A stretch of DNA of 64,000 nt from Octopus vulgaris (Eukaryota): the NCBI GenBank assembly GCA_951406725.2, contig OX597817.1, positions 100,750,001-100,814,000 of the forward strand, given 5' to 3'. Shown here in pieces: positions 53,441-64,000 of the stretch. The translations under genes were made by a program, and so were the position numbers. Every line of letters starts with the position of its first letter. The first letter of the stretch is position 1. The notes beneath the pieces are model-generated. The model worked only from the letters and a program-made list of their open reading frames with translations, was not told where the DNA came from and did not search any database.

Positions 53441-54763
53441 TTCCAAAATCCCAAGTACTTAGAGCCCGTCTCCTCTATCTGTTTCATAACCTCCCCCGAT
53501 AGTATCGATAGTATGTCCATACATTTGATTTTGCCTCTCTTCAAGACTAACACATCACACTTTCTCAATCTGAACCCCATTCTGATATCAGCACTGAAAG
53601 TATACACTGTATCAATGAGGGAAATGACTTGGGCTGCATCTTTACCATAAAGTTTGAGATCATCAATGAATAACAAATGGTTGACTCTTTGTTGGCGGTT
53701 TTTGAATACATACCCAACTTTTGCTTTCCTTAGTATCAGTGTTAGTGGTATCAAGCACAGTACAAAGACCAGTGGGGACAGGCACTTCCCGTGGAAGATG
53801 CCCTTCCTGCTTTCTGCTGTCCCTAAACTTCTTCCGTATCCTGTCAAGTCCGTCCTCCAATTCGCCATACTTTTTCCAAGCAATCGTTCAATATTCGATG
53901 CAATATCAAATAGGGATAGTCGATCCATGACATGGCTAAGTTAATTTTCCTCCTCTTGTAGTCTCTAAGTACAGTTTTGTCTATCAGGAGTTGATTCTTG
54001 GTACATCTGCACCATTCAGCATCCTTCTTGTGCTCCTTGTCATTGCTCCAGATGTCGCTCCAAAACCTTTGACTTTCATTGTTATATGTTATCAAGTTTT
54101 CATCTGTACACTCTCCATTAATTTCTTTATAGAATCTCCTCTGATCTACTCTGAATAACCTATTCTGGTGGTAACTCTTCATTCTTTGGTCGTATCTTAC
54201 CAACTTTGCAGTCTTTTCAACAAGGTGCTGCTTCAGTTCCTCCATTACCACTTTCAGGCCCTTTCTTTCAATATTATACTTCCTTTTCAGTGCCCTGCAT
54301 TTTTGTTCACTTAAGCTCCCCTTTCTCTTTTCAGTCTAACACAGAGATTTCCTTCGAGAGCATATTTAACCCTGTCTGTATTCCTCTTTTCCACCATGGG
54401 TCTTTCCTTTTGTCACTCCCATTGTATTTCTTTTTCTTGACATCAACACCCACATTTTCTGCTACAATACTTGCTGCCTTGATCAAGTTATTTGTTTCTG
54501 TGATGTTGTTTGTTCAGATGTATTTCAGAATATCATTGACGTTCTTCATTTCTTGGTTCAGCATCCACCGGTCAACCTTTTTAAGGTTGCAAATAATGTC
54601 GCTATCGTTCTTTTGTAGTCTTGTCTTTATTCTGTCGTAGATTGCCCTTTGTTCATCTGTCATGTCGCCACTAAACTACCACTGCTCTTTTCCTGTGCTA
54701 TGGTATTACTTTTATTAGTAAGAACTGTATTTTCATCGTTATCTCTGTTGCTATTTTCCAAGA
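53441..54763 (-). pseudogene. R4/Dong-like LINE RT fragment
   Basis: GIFHGKCLSPLVFVLCLIPL, NHLLFIDDLKLYGK, QNRLFRVDQRRFY, FWSDIW. Confidence 0.9.
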
Positions 54764-54779
54764 TCCGCCGCCGCCGTCG

Positions 54780-54963
54780 TCTTCTTCTTCTTCTTCTTCT
54801 TCTTCTTCTTCTTCTTCTTCTTCTTCTTCTTCTTCTTCTTCTTCTTCTTCTTCTTCTTCTTCTTCTTCTTCTTCTTCTTCTTCTTCTTCTTCTTCTTCTT
54901 CTTCTTCGTCTTCTTCTTCTTCTTCTTCTTCTTCTTCTTCTTCTTCTTCTTCTTCTTCTTCTT
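54780..54963. repeat. (CTT)n microsatellite
   Basis: Read directly. Confidence 0.98.
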
Positions 54964-55148
54964 TCCATTTATTATTAAAATGTATTATTAAATGTTGTTT
55001 AGTTTCAACTGTTGTCTTGTACTTGAGAGAATCATAAATATGTGAGTGTTGAAGGGAATAGTAGGAGGAAGAGTAGCAGCTTGGTGAATGGACCAGATTC
55101 TACAGGTCTGTAAATAAATTCAGCAGATAGTGAGGAGGTCAGCAATAG

Positions 55149-55219
<71 letters not shown>

Positions 55220-55221
<2 letters not shown>

Positions 55222-55731
55222 GTATAGGCACACACCAGAAAAGGTCACAGAAAACGAGAAAGCAACCATACTCTGGGATATGCCGATACACACAGACAGA
55301 GAAATTAAGGCCAACAGACCAGATATAGTTGTCAGAGACCATGAAGAAAAAAATGCTTTCTAATTGATGTATCAATACCGGCTGATGACAACGTGTCTCT
55401 AAAAGAAATGGAGAAACTCTCAAAATACAAAGACCTGGAAATAGAGGTAACTAGAATGTGGAATCTGAAAACAGAAACAATTCCTATCATAGTAGGTGCA
55501 TTAGGCATGATAAAAAAATATTCAGACAAATACATAACAAAAACACCAGGACTTACAAACACATATAACATACAGAAAATTGCACTACTAGGCACTGCAC
55601 ACATCCTACACAGAACACTTTCCATAAAATAACCATCAGAGCATCACAACAAATCACAGCACATACCCAAGGCACACAGAGCTGCGCTCGGTAGTGAAGT
55701 GAAAGCACGCTATAAAAATAAAACTACTGAA
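55220..55731 (+). mobile_element. R4/Dong-like LINE 3' end with restriction-like endonuclease, inserted in (TAA)n
   Basis: ILWDMPIHTDREIKANRPDIVV...LIDVSIP...KEMEKLSKYKDL...IPIIVGALG; (TAA)n on both sides. Confidence 0.92.
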
Positions 55732-55760
55732 TAATAATGATAATAATAATAATAATAATA

Positions 55761-55810
<50 letters not shown>

Positions 55811-56482
55811 AATAATAATAATAATAATAATAATGCCCTGATGCAGTACCAGACTGTGGCTATCATGGTTTCTGATCTTAACTGATTGGAAGTGTTATCA
55901 TGTACATTATTTTGTCTTGGTATAAAAGATGGGCTACAGCAAATATTCTGCTCAATACCACAGAGTTGCATGTCAGTTGTTTGACCATAACCAGTTGAGT
56001 ATGTCCCTTAGTGGCCAACGATATGTGCATCGCTGATCATGAGCTGAAGTAGTCGGAGAGCATCATAGCCGTGTGTTGAAAGGAATTCTCAGAGGTTTGG
56101 ATAATTCGCCTTTGGAAACATGGGTGTTTCGTTCAACATCCTTAAACAATCTTTATTCAAGGATCCTTTGAGCGGGATGGGCTACTCGACCAGAAGAAAA
56201 TTTTAACTGGGCCCCACCTGCAAGGTCATGCGCTGTTAATCTTGATATATTACCATGTCGTGCACATACGGTTGTGATGCATGTGCCTGGTGTACCCTTA
56301 TCAGACGGGTAGTCATGATGGGCTTCGTATATTTAACCCCAGTGTCACTTTGATGGCATGCATTGCTCTTTCACTCAATAATGATAATAATAATAACAAC
56401 AACAACAATAACAACAACAACAACAACAACAATAGTAATAATAATAATAAGTATTATTATTATTATTATATTTATTATTATA

Positions 56483-56543
<61 letters not shown>

Positions 56544-56544
56544 C

Positions 56545-59500
56545 TTTCGTCCACTCTGTATATGGTTGTTGTTCTGCCGATATTGGTTTGCTATGTATCA
56601 AGTTGCATCCAGAAACCTTAGGTATCTAGAATCTTTATTATACTCCTTGCTATACAAATCCAACACACTTTGTTTAGAATCAGGACATTTATTTCAGCTA
56701 TCAACATCCATCAAGCATCTTGCAAGTCTTCCTAAATTCCTTCTTGTAAATGAGATAATGATAACATGGTAATTTTAAATTCTCTGAAATGCCAGGTAAT
56801 TTTCTATTTTCTCACGTTCTGTGCCTATTGCTCTCTTTAAAATGGGTAAACACCATCGATAAAGCAACACACTCTTCTACATTTAATATGACATCTGGGC
56901 GTAAATATTCTGTTTGTTTATTTGTTTAAATTCTCCTATCCCATAGCATCTTTAGATGGCTATTTCATGGAGATGTTCTGTTTTATGATCATACCATTTT
57001 CCTACATGCTCAAATGCATATTTGTTTTATAGATTCGAAAATGTACTATTTAAGGAACTCGGTGATGTGTCACGTTCGTATAAAACCTCTGTGCAAGTAT
57101 TTTCCATTCGGAAACTGCATGTATAACCATCTTCCCTCTTTTACCACGAAGTCTATGCAGATGAGATGCCTTATTCACCTATATTCCTCCTCATTTATCT
57201 AGTTTTGGTCACGTGATCCAGCTTATGTAGGATTAAGCCTTCTACCTCTTTCTTAATACTCACTTTGTTAGACCATGAAACGATTTCTGATTTCGATACT
57301 CTTATGTTGAACAATACAAAAAACTCCTTCCGTGTACATTTTGCTATTCGAATAATTGCTTTTTAACCTCGTTCAAACCTTATTGTTTTCTTTCAGCTAA
57401 TATCTCCACTATTCTTCCTGCTTTCAAAAGCACCTCATCACTATCAGCATCGTACTTCCTGCTTGTGGGTGTAAGGTGCTGTCATTGTCAGCAGTCCCCG
57501 CCCTTCTGTCAATGTTCTCACGATCTTCCTTTGTTGATTTGATAATTCTGATGCTTAAGACAGTGGCGGTATCTATACCATTCAAATTAGACTTTAGTAT
57601 CCTTATCTTTCGGAAATATTGTTCTGATTTTGTCTTTCAGTGTTCTATTGTTTATGCTATCAGCTTCCAATCTACAGTATCTTTCGTTCTCGTTCAGTAG
57701 ATTTATTGTGTCACTATCATAGTATTTTTTTCCTCAGAAGTATTCTACGCTTGGAAATAACAAATGTCCTTGCTGAAAACTGTCTGTACCGACAAGGTTA
57801 TATGATTCTTTCATAGTCTTGTCTATATAACTTAAACCTAATACTCCAACAAAAACTGGTATGACTTAGGTTTTTGCTCGTTGCTATTCGCGCATTCTGA
57901 TATTTATACTTTTAATTCGGTATATTTCGAATCTTTTTTTTTGTCTGCTACGTTTTTATGTGAAAGAATTGCAGCGTCTATTACGAGTTATTTTCTCGTT
58001 TTCGCTGTCCTGTAATATTATCTAGTCTACGGTGTTTAATTAATCTGTCAGTATATCAAAATTCTATAGAATGTTTGGTTTATTATGTTCATTCAGAGCC
58101 TTTTCCGGTACATATTTGTTTTATTTCTCCATGTTTTATACCCATAGGTTTACAAAATGATCAAATTCAAACAAACGTTATTATGCCATCACTTTTATTT
58201 GAGCCTGATATTAATATGGCCAATATTTCTCACTCACTGATTACACAGGCGGAACTTATTCGTTGAAGTTGTGGAATGATTATCACAGTTCACTGAATTA
58301 GTGTTTGATCTCGACCAGCTACTAACAAACTCTCTGTTTCCCTCCTGTTATTTCGATTCCGATGTCACTCCCACAATATGTCGTGATTTTTCACATTCTT
58401 GGTATCTCTGTGTACGTTTTCATGCTGCTACATTTCTTTCGAGCTTTCTTTCTTTCGCTGCTTCCTTCCCTTCAAGTCGAAATGCAAGTAACACCATATT
58501 TAAGTACTGCTTCTTCAGTCTTTGCAAATAAGTGGTTTGCTGACCTTTGATCCCCATCCACACAATCCGAAATGCTAATAACTCCCTCCCCAACATTCTG
58601 CTTCATATACAACCGACATCTCAATTCATATGAGGCGATCCATGCATTCTTAGGGATTTTTTATTTTTCGTCCATTTCACTAATCCTCATTATAACGCAA
58701 GACCGCAACCGCCTACGTGCTCATCGCATTTATCAAATTCTTGATTTAAGTTAGGACCTCAATACCGGCTTTTATCTTTCCAAATACATTGTTTTCAATT
58801 TTTCTTCGTTCATTTTGTAATATATCAAATTTCAGTATGGCTAGATACTTGCACCCACTTTTAGGATCTACAATCCATTCTTCTGATAAAATTATTCATC
58901 TAAATTCACTATCTTTCTTTCCACATTTTGGTATACCCCTTTCCAATATCAATGTTATACGAGGGTGGGCTGAAAAGTTCATAAGCTAACTATGATGGCG
59001 CTAGCGCTGTGAAGTTTTGCGTGCATTAATTTCAACACGTCTTTTTAACAACTACATTGTTTTTCTCCAACTAAACTAAAATCTAACTGCTCAAAGAAGA
59101 CTTTAAAAGTAACTAGTTACGAGTTCTCTTGAAAACCGACAAAATTTGGCGTCGTGCTGTTAAGCAAGTACTTGCAGAAAAGGGGTTTAACCCCCAAGAA
59201 CATTCATGATGATATGATTGCTACATTAGGGGTTGACAAGTCAGCTTTATCAACACTGCAAAAATGGGAAGCTGAATTTCGGAGGGGATGGAAGAGTCTT
59301 GACGGTGACCCAAAGTCTAGAAGTCCTGCAACTGCCACCATGGAGGAGAACATTGATCATGTTCACCACATGCTGATGGATGATAGACGATTGATTACAA
59401 AATCAAACAGCCAATGCTATTAGCGTATCCCGAGTGAGAGTAGAGAATGTTCTACCTAATGAACTTGGCATGACGGAGGTTTCTGCTCAGTGGCTGTCAT

Positions 59501-61260
59501 GTTTTCTGATACCTGATCTAAAGTGTACCAAGTTGATCACATGATGGGAAAATCTGACATAGTTTCAGGCATCTCTAGCTGGTTTCCTCAAGTGTTTCCT
59601 AATCCAGGATAGGTGTTGGCTTCATCACTTTGAGTTAGAGAGAAAGAGACAATCCATGCAGTGGGAACACCTTTCCTCATCTGATCTAAATGGCAGGGAA
59701 GGTGATGGCCTCGTTGTTTTTGGAAGCAGAACGAGTTGCATTTATTGACTATCTTCAAAAGGACCACACCATCAATAAAGAGTTATGTGCCAACTTGCTG
59801 AGGCAGTTATGAGAGGCTGTGAAGAGACCAAATAGCCAGGAAAACTGACGAATGGTATCTTGTTTCATCAACACAATGCTTCAGCAAACAAGTCCTTGGT
59901 TTCAATGGCTGCTGTATGTGACTGTGACTTTGAACTGGCTGATCAGCCCCACTATTCTTTTGATCTGGCCCCATCTGGCTATCATATGTTCCCCAACATG
60001 TAAAAATTCTTGGTTGGGAACCAGCGTCGCAGTGAAAATGACGTCATATCTAGTTGATCACATTTTCCTACCAACAGGTTGAAAGCTTTTTCACCAAAGA
60101 GATTCAAACATTGCGACACCGATGGAATAAATGTGTGGACTGCAATAAGAACTAGGTCGAAAAATAAACCTAATTTGTCACATTCCTTGAGAGTATCTTG
60201 GTCAGCCTATGTACTTTTTAGCTGACCCTCGTACACTTTTACAGTATTCTGAAATGAATTGATTTATTTTTCTGACTTTGTAGTCACCATGAAGAATAGA
60301 TAATTTAGAGAAGGTTCATGTTTCCTTTCTCCCTAGTTTGTTGCCCATGTTGACTTTTCTAAATGGTATTGTTATTGGTATTACTACAATAACAAATAAC
60401 ATTGGAGAGAAACAGGGTATCACCTCTTTTAACAACCAAATTTTCATGTGATTTCATGTTCACCACCAAGTTCGCTTTCCAATATGTCAAGTACGATATG
60501 TCACACTAGCACTGAAGATGTTGATGAGTTTTTCTGCTATAGCAAACATTGTAAATGACCCCACAATCCAAGAACGTGGTATCATGATGAAGACCCTTTA
60601 GAAGTCGACTCCTGCCATCTGCAAATCGGTCTGTCGACACTTCCAGTTCTTTATTGCCATACTGTAAATGACCAAGCTACGCTTTATTACTGTTGAGTTT
60701 CTTGTTGCTCTTCTGTTCAATTGATAGTAATTAGTTTTCTATCAAATGATTATGTTTTTTTTATGAGGAAAAAAGGAATGAAGGTTAGTAACTTTCAAAC
60801 AGATCGAGACAGGTGAATGATCAACAATTTTCTATCGTATTTCCTGTCGTTGGATCTTTCATACTCAAAGATACTCGTCTCTCAACTATTCACTCTGATA
60901 TACTTTCTTGTATTAGAACTTTAGATGATTTATTCCCCATTTTACCGTGCGCCTCATTTAAAATTCTTGGGCTGCATCTTTTCAAGTTGCTAAAATTATT
61001 CTTGCTGCAGGACATCGTTCTCACTTATAGTGGCTGGTTTCGCTTTTCTGCATTCTGCATTTTCATCATGAGTAATCCTAAAATTCCTATTTTCACCCTC
61101 ATTTGGTGTTAATATTTTCATTGTATTTCTTCGAATGTAGCAGTAGAGCTGAGTTTCATTCGATCCAGAGTAATACTTTAGTCTTGGTTGATTTTGCGCG
61201 GGCTCTTACTTGATCGATGTTTTGCATTCATCCGTTCAGCAATACTTACTGCAGCTACAC
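56545..61260 (-). pseudogene. Old, heavily decayed R4/Dong-like LINE interrupted by a mariner
   Basis: Scattered minus-strand remnants (HRRLDI, DDLKLY-like, YKYLG-like) on both sides of the mariner; boundaries uncertain. Confidence 0.55.
58960..60231 (+). mobile_element. Full-length (~1.27 kb) decayed mariner/Tc1 transposon with TA target duplication
   Basis: TA|CGAGGGTGGGCTGAAAAGTTCATAAGCT ... AGCCTATGTACTTTTTAGCTGACCCTCG|TA; transposase remnants KWEAEFRRG, GKVMAS, IDYLQK, YSFDLAPSGY. Confidence 0.93.
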
Positions 61261-61372
61261 AAATTAAATTTTTCTTGTCTGATAATAATCTTTTCAACTA
61301 GAAGCAGAAAGCTTGAAATTTTGGTGGAAGAGACAAATAGATTACACGACAACGACGACGACGACGACCACC

Positions 61373-61439
<67 letters not shown>

Positions 61440-61459
61440 GCATCACCATCATCATTATT

Positions 61460-61586
61460 AAGGCGGAGAGCTGGCGGACTCGTTAGCACGCCAGGCAAAC
61501 TACTTAGCTGTATTTCCCCCGTCACTACGTTCTGCGTTCAAATTCTGCCGCGGTCGACTTTGCCTTTCATTCTTTCGGGGTCGATA

Positions 61587-61590
<4 letters not shown>
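61460..61590 (+). mobile_element. tRNA-derived SINE fragment with Nin-like domain; further pieces at 62151-62347
   Basis: GGCGGAGAGCTGGCGG...GTTCAAATTC...GCCTTTCATTCTTTCGGGGTCGATAAAT. Confidence 0.78.
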
Positions 61591-61676
<86 letters not shown>

Positions 61677-62091
61677 GAGTGAGAGAGCAGTGCATGCCAT
61701 CAAAGTGACACTGGGGTAAAATATACGAAACCCTGTATACCCATCATGACTACCCGTCTGATAAGGGTACATTAGGCACATGCATCACAACCATATGTGC
61801 GCGACATGGCTATCTCATATCAAGATAAACAGCACATGACCTTGCAGGTGGGGTCCAGTTAGAATTTTCTTCTGGTCGAGTAGCCCATCCCGCTCAAAAG
61901 GTCCCTGAATAAGGGTTGTTTAAGGATGTTGAACGAAACACCCATGTTTCCAAAGGTGAATTATTCAAACCCCAAGGAATCTCTCTCAACACATGGCTAT
62001 GATGCTCCCCCACTACTTCTGCTCGTGATCAGAGATGCAGATATCGTCAGCCACTAAGGGACATATTATTATTATTATTATTATTTTATTA

Positions 62092-62150
<59 letters not shown>

Positions 62151-62346
62151 GTAAGGCGGTGAGCTGGAGATTACATCGACTCCAGTGCTCATCTGGTGCA
62201 TATTCTATCGACTAGGAAATGAGGAAAGATAAAGTCTATCTCATCGAAATTTGAACTCAGAGAAATTTGAACTCAAGGTAAAGACCCGGATATAAATGCC
62301 GTTCAGCAATATGTCCAGTATGCTAACAATTCTGCAAGCGCCGCCT

Positions 62347-62428
<82 letters not shown>

Positions 62429-63522
62429 GTTAAAATGTCTCGAATTTAATAGTTTTACATTTTCTGAATTATTTAGTCTTTCATTTAATAGTCGCAAAAT
62501 AGTTCGCATTTCGTTTTCTAAACCTTCAGGTATTACAAATTCTCCCATGGCTGTGTCACTGGCATGTGCTTTCATTAAATATTCAGTATTGCTAATTCCA
62601 TCGTCATTATTTATATTGACTCTATTTTCCACTTTTAAGCAAACATGATTGCTGTTCACACAGTTTAAGCTGTTTTCATTTAACTCTTCAATTTATACAA
62701 TCACTTCATCGATCCTTTCCTCGAGATCGATCCAGTTTTCAATGTTTCTTTTCGAGTATAATTTCTATTTCAACTAATATTAACCAAGCTCTTCTTTGGA
62801 TCATGTACTTTGTTTATTAACTTATTTTCCATTAATTCAAGTTTACTTTTTGTTTTTAAAGTTTTGACAGTATGTTTCCACCGACATCGCTACCTTTCCT
62901 TCTTCTTAGGTCTCAAGACATTCGATCAATTCTCTTGTATAGTGCTCTTGCTTCGTCTGGGCTTATCCTAAGTCCTACGAAGCATTGCTGGATGACGATC
63001 GAGTACTGTTTGCTTCAGAATGAGGTTTCATTTCTGTTTACGTGGTTAATGCTGTCTGGTTTATTTTTAAACTCCATATGTAATTGGAATTAATACAGTG
63101 ATAAGTGACGCAGCCACTAATGCTTTTCTTAACGAAACACCATCACCAAAATGTGTGCCGACCAGACGTGAACTAGCCTTCCTCTTTGTGTGGCAGACTT
63201 AACCTTGGCAGACGCCAACTTGGTATCTTATGGAATCGGGGTATGTTTTAATATGACACTAACACCAAACATTTTATCGATACACCGTCTCTAGAGGAGT
63301 TGTCAAGTAAGCAACTCCGAACTTCATTGCTTCGGGGTAATTGTTAATATTATTCGTATTTTCACCATTATTATTACCGATTTACAACCACCCATAAGAC
63401 CTGGAAAGCGCATACATCAAAAAATATACATATACATACTTATATTTACGTATATGCATATACACATATATTGATGTACATTATATACACATACATCCAC
63501 ATACACATAATGCATATATGAA

Positions 63523-63581
<59 letters not shown>

Positions 63582-63699
63582 TTATATATGTATACATATA
63601 TGTATATATATATATATAGTGTAAAAAATAAAATATATGCATACATACATATATGTACGTACCTACATCTACATGTATATATACATGCATATATAAATA

Positions 63700-63870
63700 T
63701 ATATACGTGAGTACAAGACACCACAATTAGGCGTAGAACTCAACGAGAAACGAAAACGAAAAAACAAGCATGGAACGGACCTTTTTTTTTAACAACAAAA
63801 AAACTGTGTACAAGACAAACTACACAAGGAAAAATCCCCTTCATCAGCTGTCCCTAGTTCAACTCCGTCG
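63700..63870 (-). repeat. Truncated relative of the 8965-9797 repeat
   Basis: Minus strand GGAGTTGAACTAGGGACAG-CTGATGA-AGGGG matches AGGGACAA-CTGAAGA-AGGGG. Confidence 0.7.
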
Positions 63871-64000
63871 ATTCGATTCGATTCGATTCGTTTCCTTTCG
63901 TTTCGTTTCTCCTTCTCCAAGTACAGTTTTTATATATAATTATGACGCGAAACTCTATTACTCTTTGCTTGACCTTCCCTTTCTCTCTCTCTCTCTCGCC

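Noticed and set aside
54649-54978. Poly-Arg and poly-Leu ORFs
   Set aside because: They are readings of the (CTT)n microsatellite.

Overview
This is an AT-rich eukaryotic window made almost entirely of transposable elements and microsatellites. I could not support any host protein-coding exon. The SINE families and microsatellite density suggest an octopus or other cephalopod genome (inference). It contains: (i) many Penelope-like element (PLE) fragments with RT or GIY-YIG domains, inverted or tandem pseudo-LTRs and fold-back structures, sitting in (TA)n; (ii) three RTE-clade LINE pieces, one a young GC-rich intact 3' fragment; (iii) a full-length Tx1/L1-clade LINE and a truncated relative, both inserted in one (TATC)n array; (iv) R4/Dong-like LINE fragments and a ~550-bp non-coding repeat in (TAA)n; (v) a decayed full-length mariner, a mariner MITE and a second MITE; (vi) several tRNA-derived SINEs. 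The signal the ORF track misses is a dense set of hammerhead-ribozyme (HHR) motifs: about a dozen minimal type-I copies, three with a U3-A8 core variant. Most unusual is a recurring motif in which the three hammerhead strands occur in reversed, non-circularly-permuted order (stem III-NUH-stem I', then GAAA-stem III', then stem I-CUGANGA), seen in repeat families with different sequences. All structures were read by eye, and boundaries of decayed elements are approximate.
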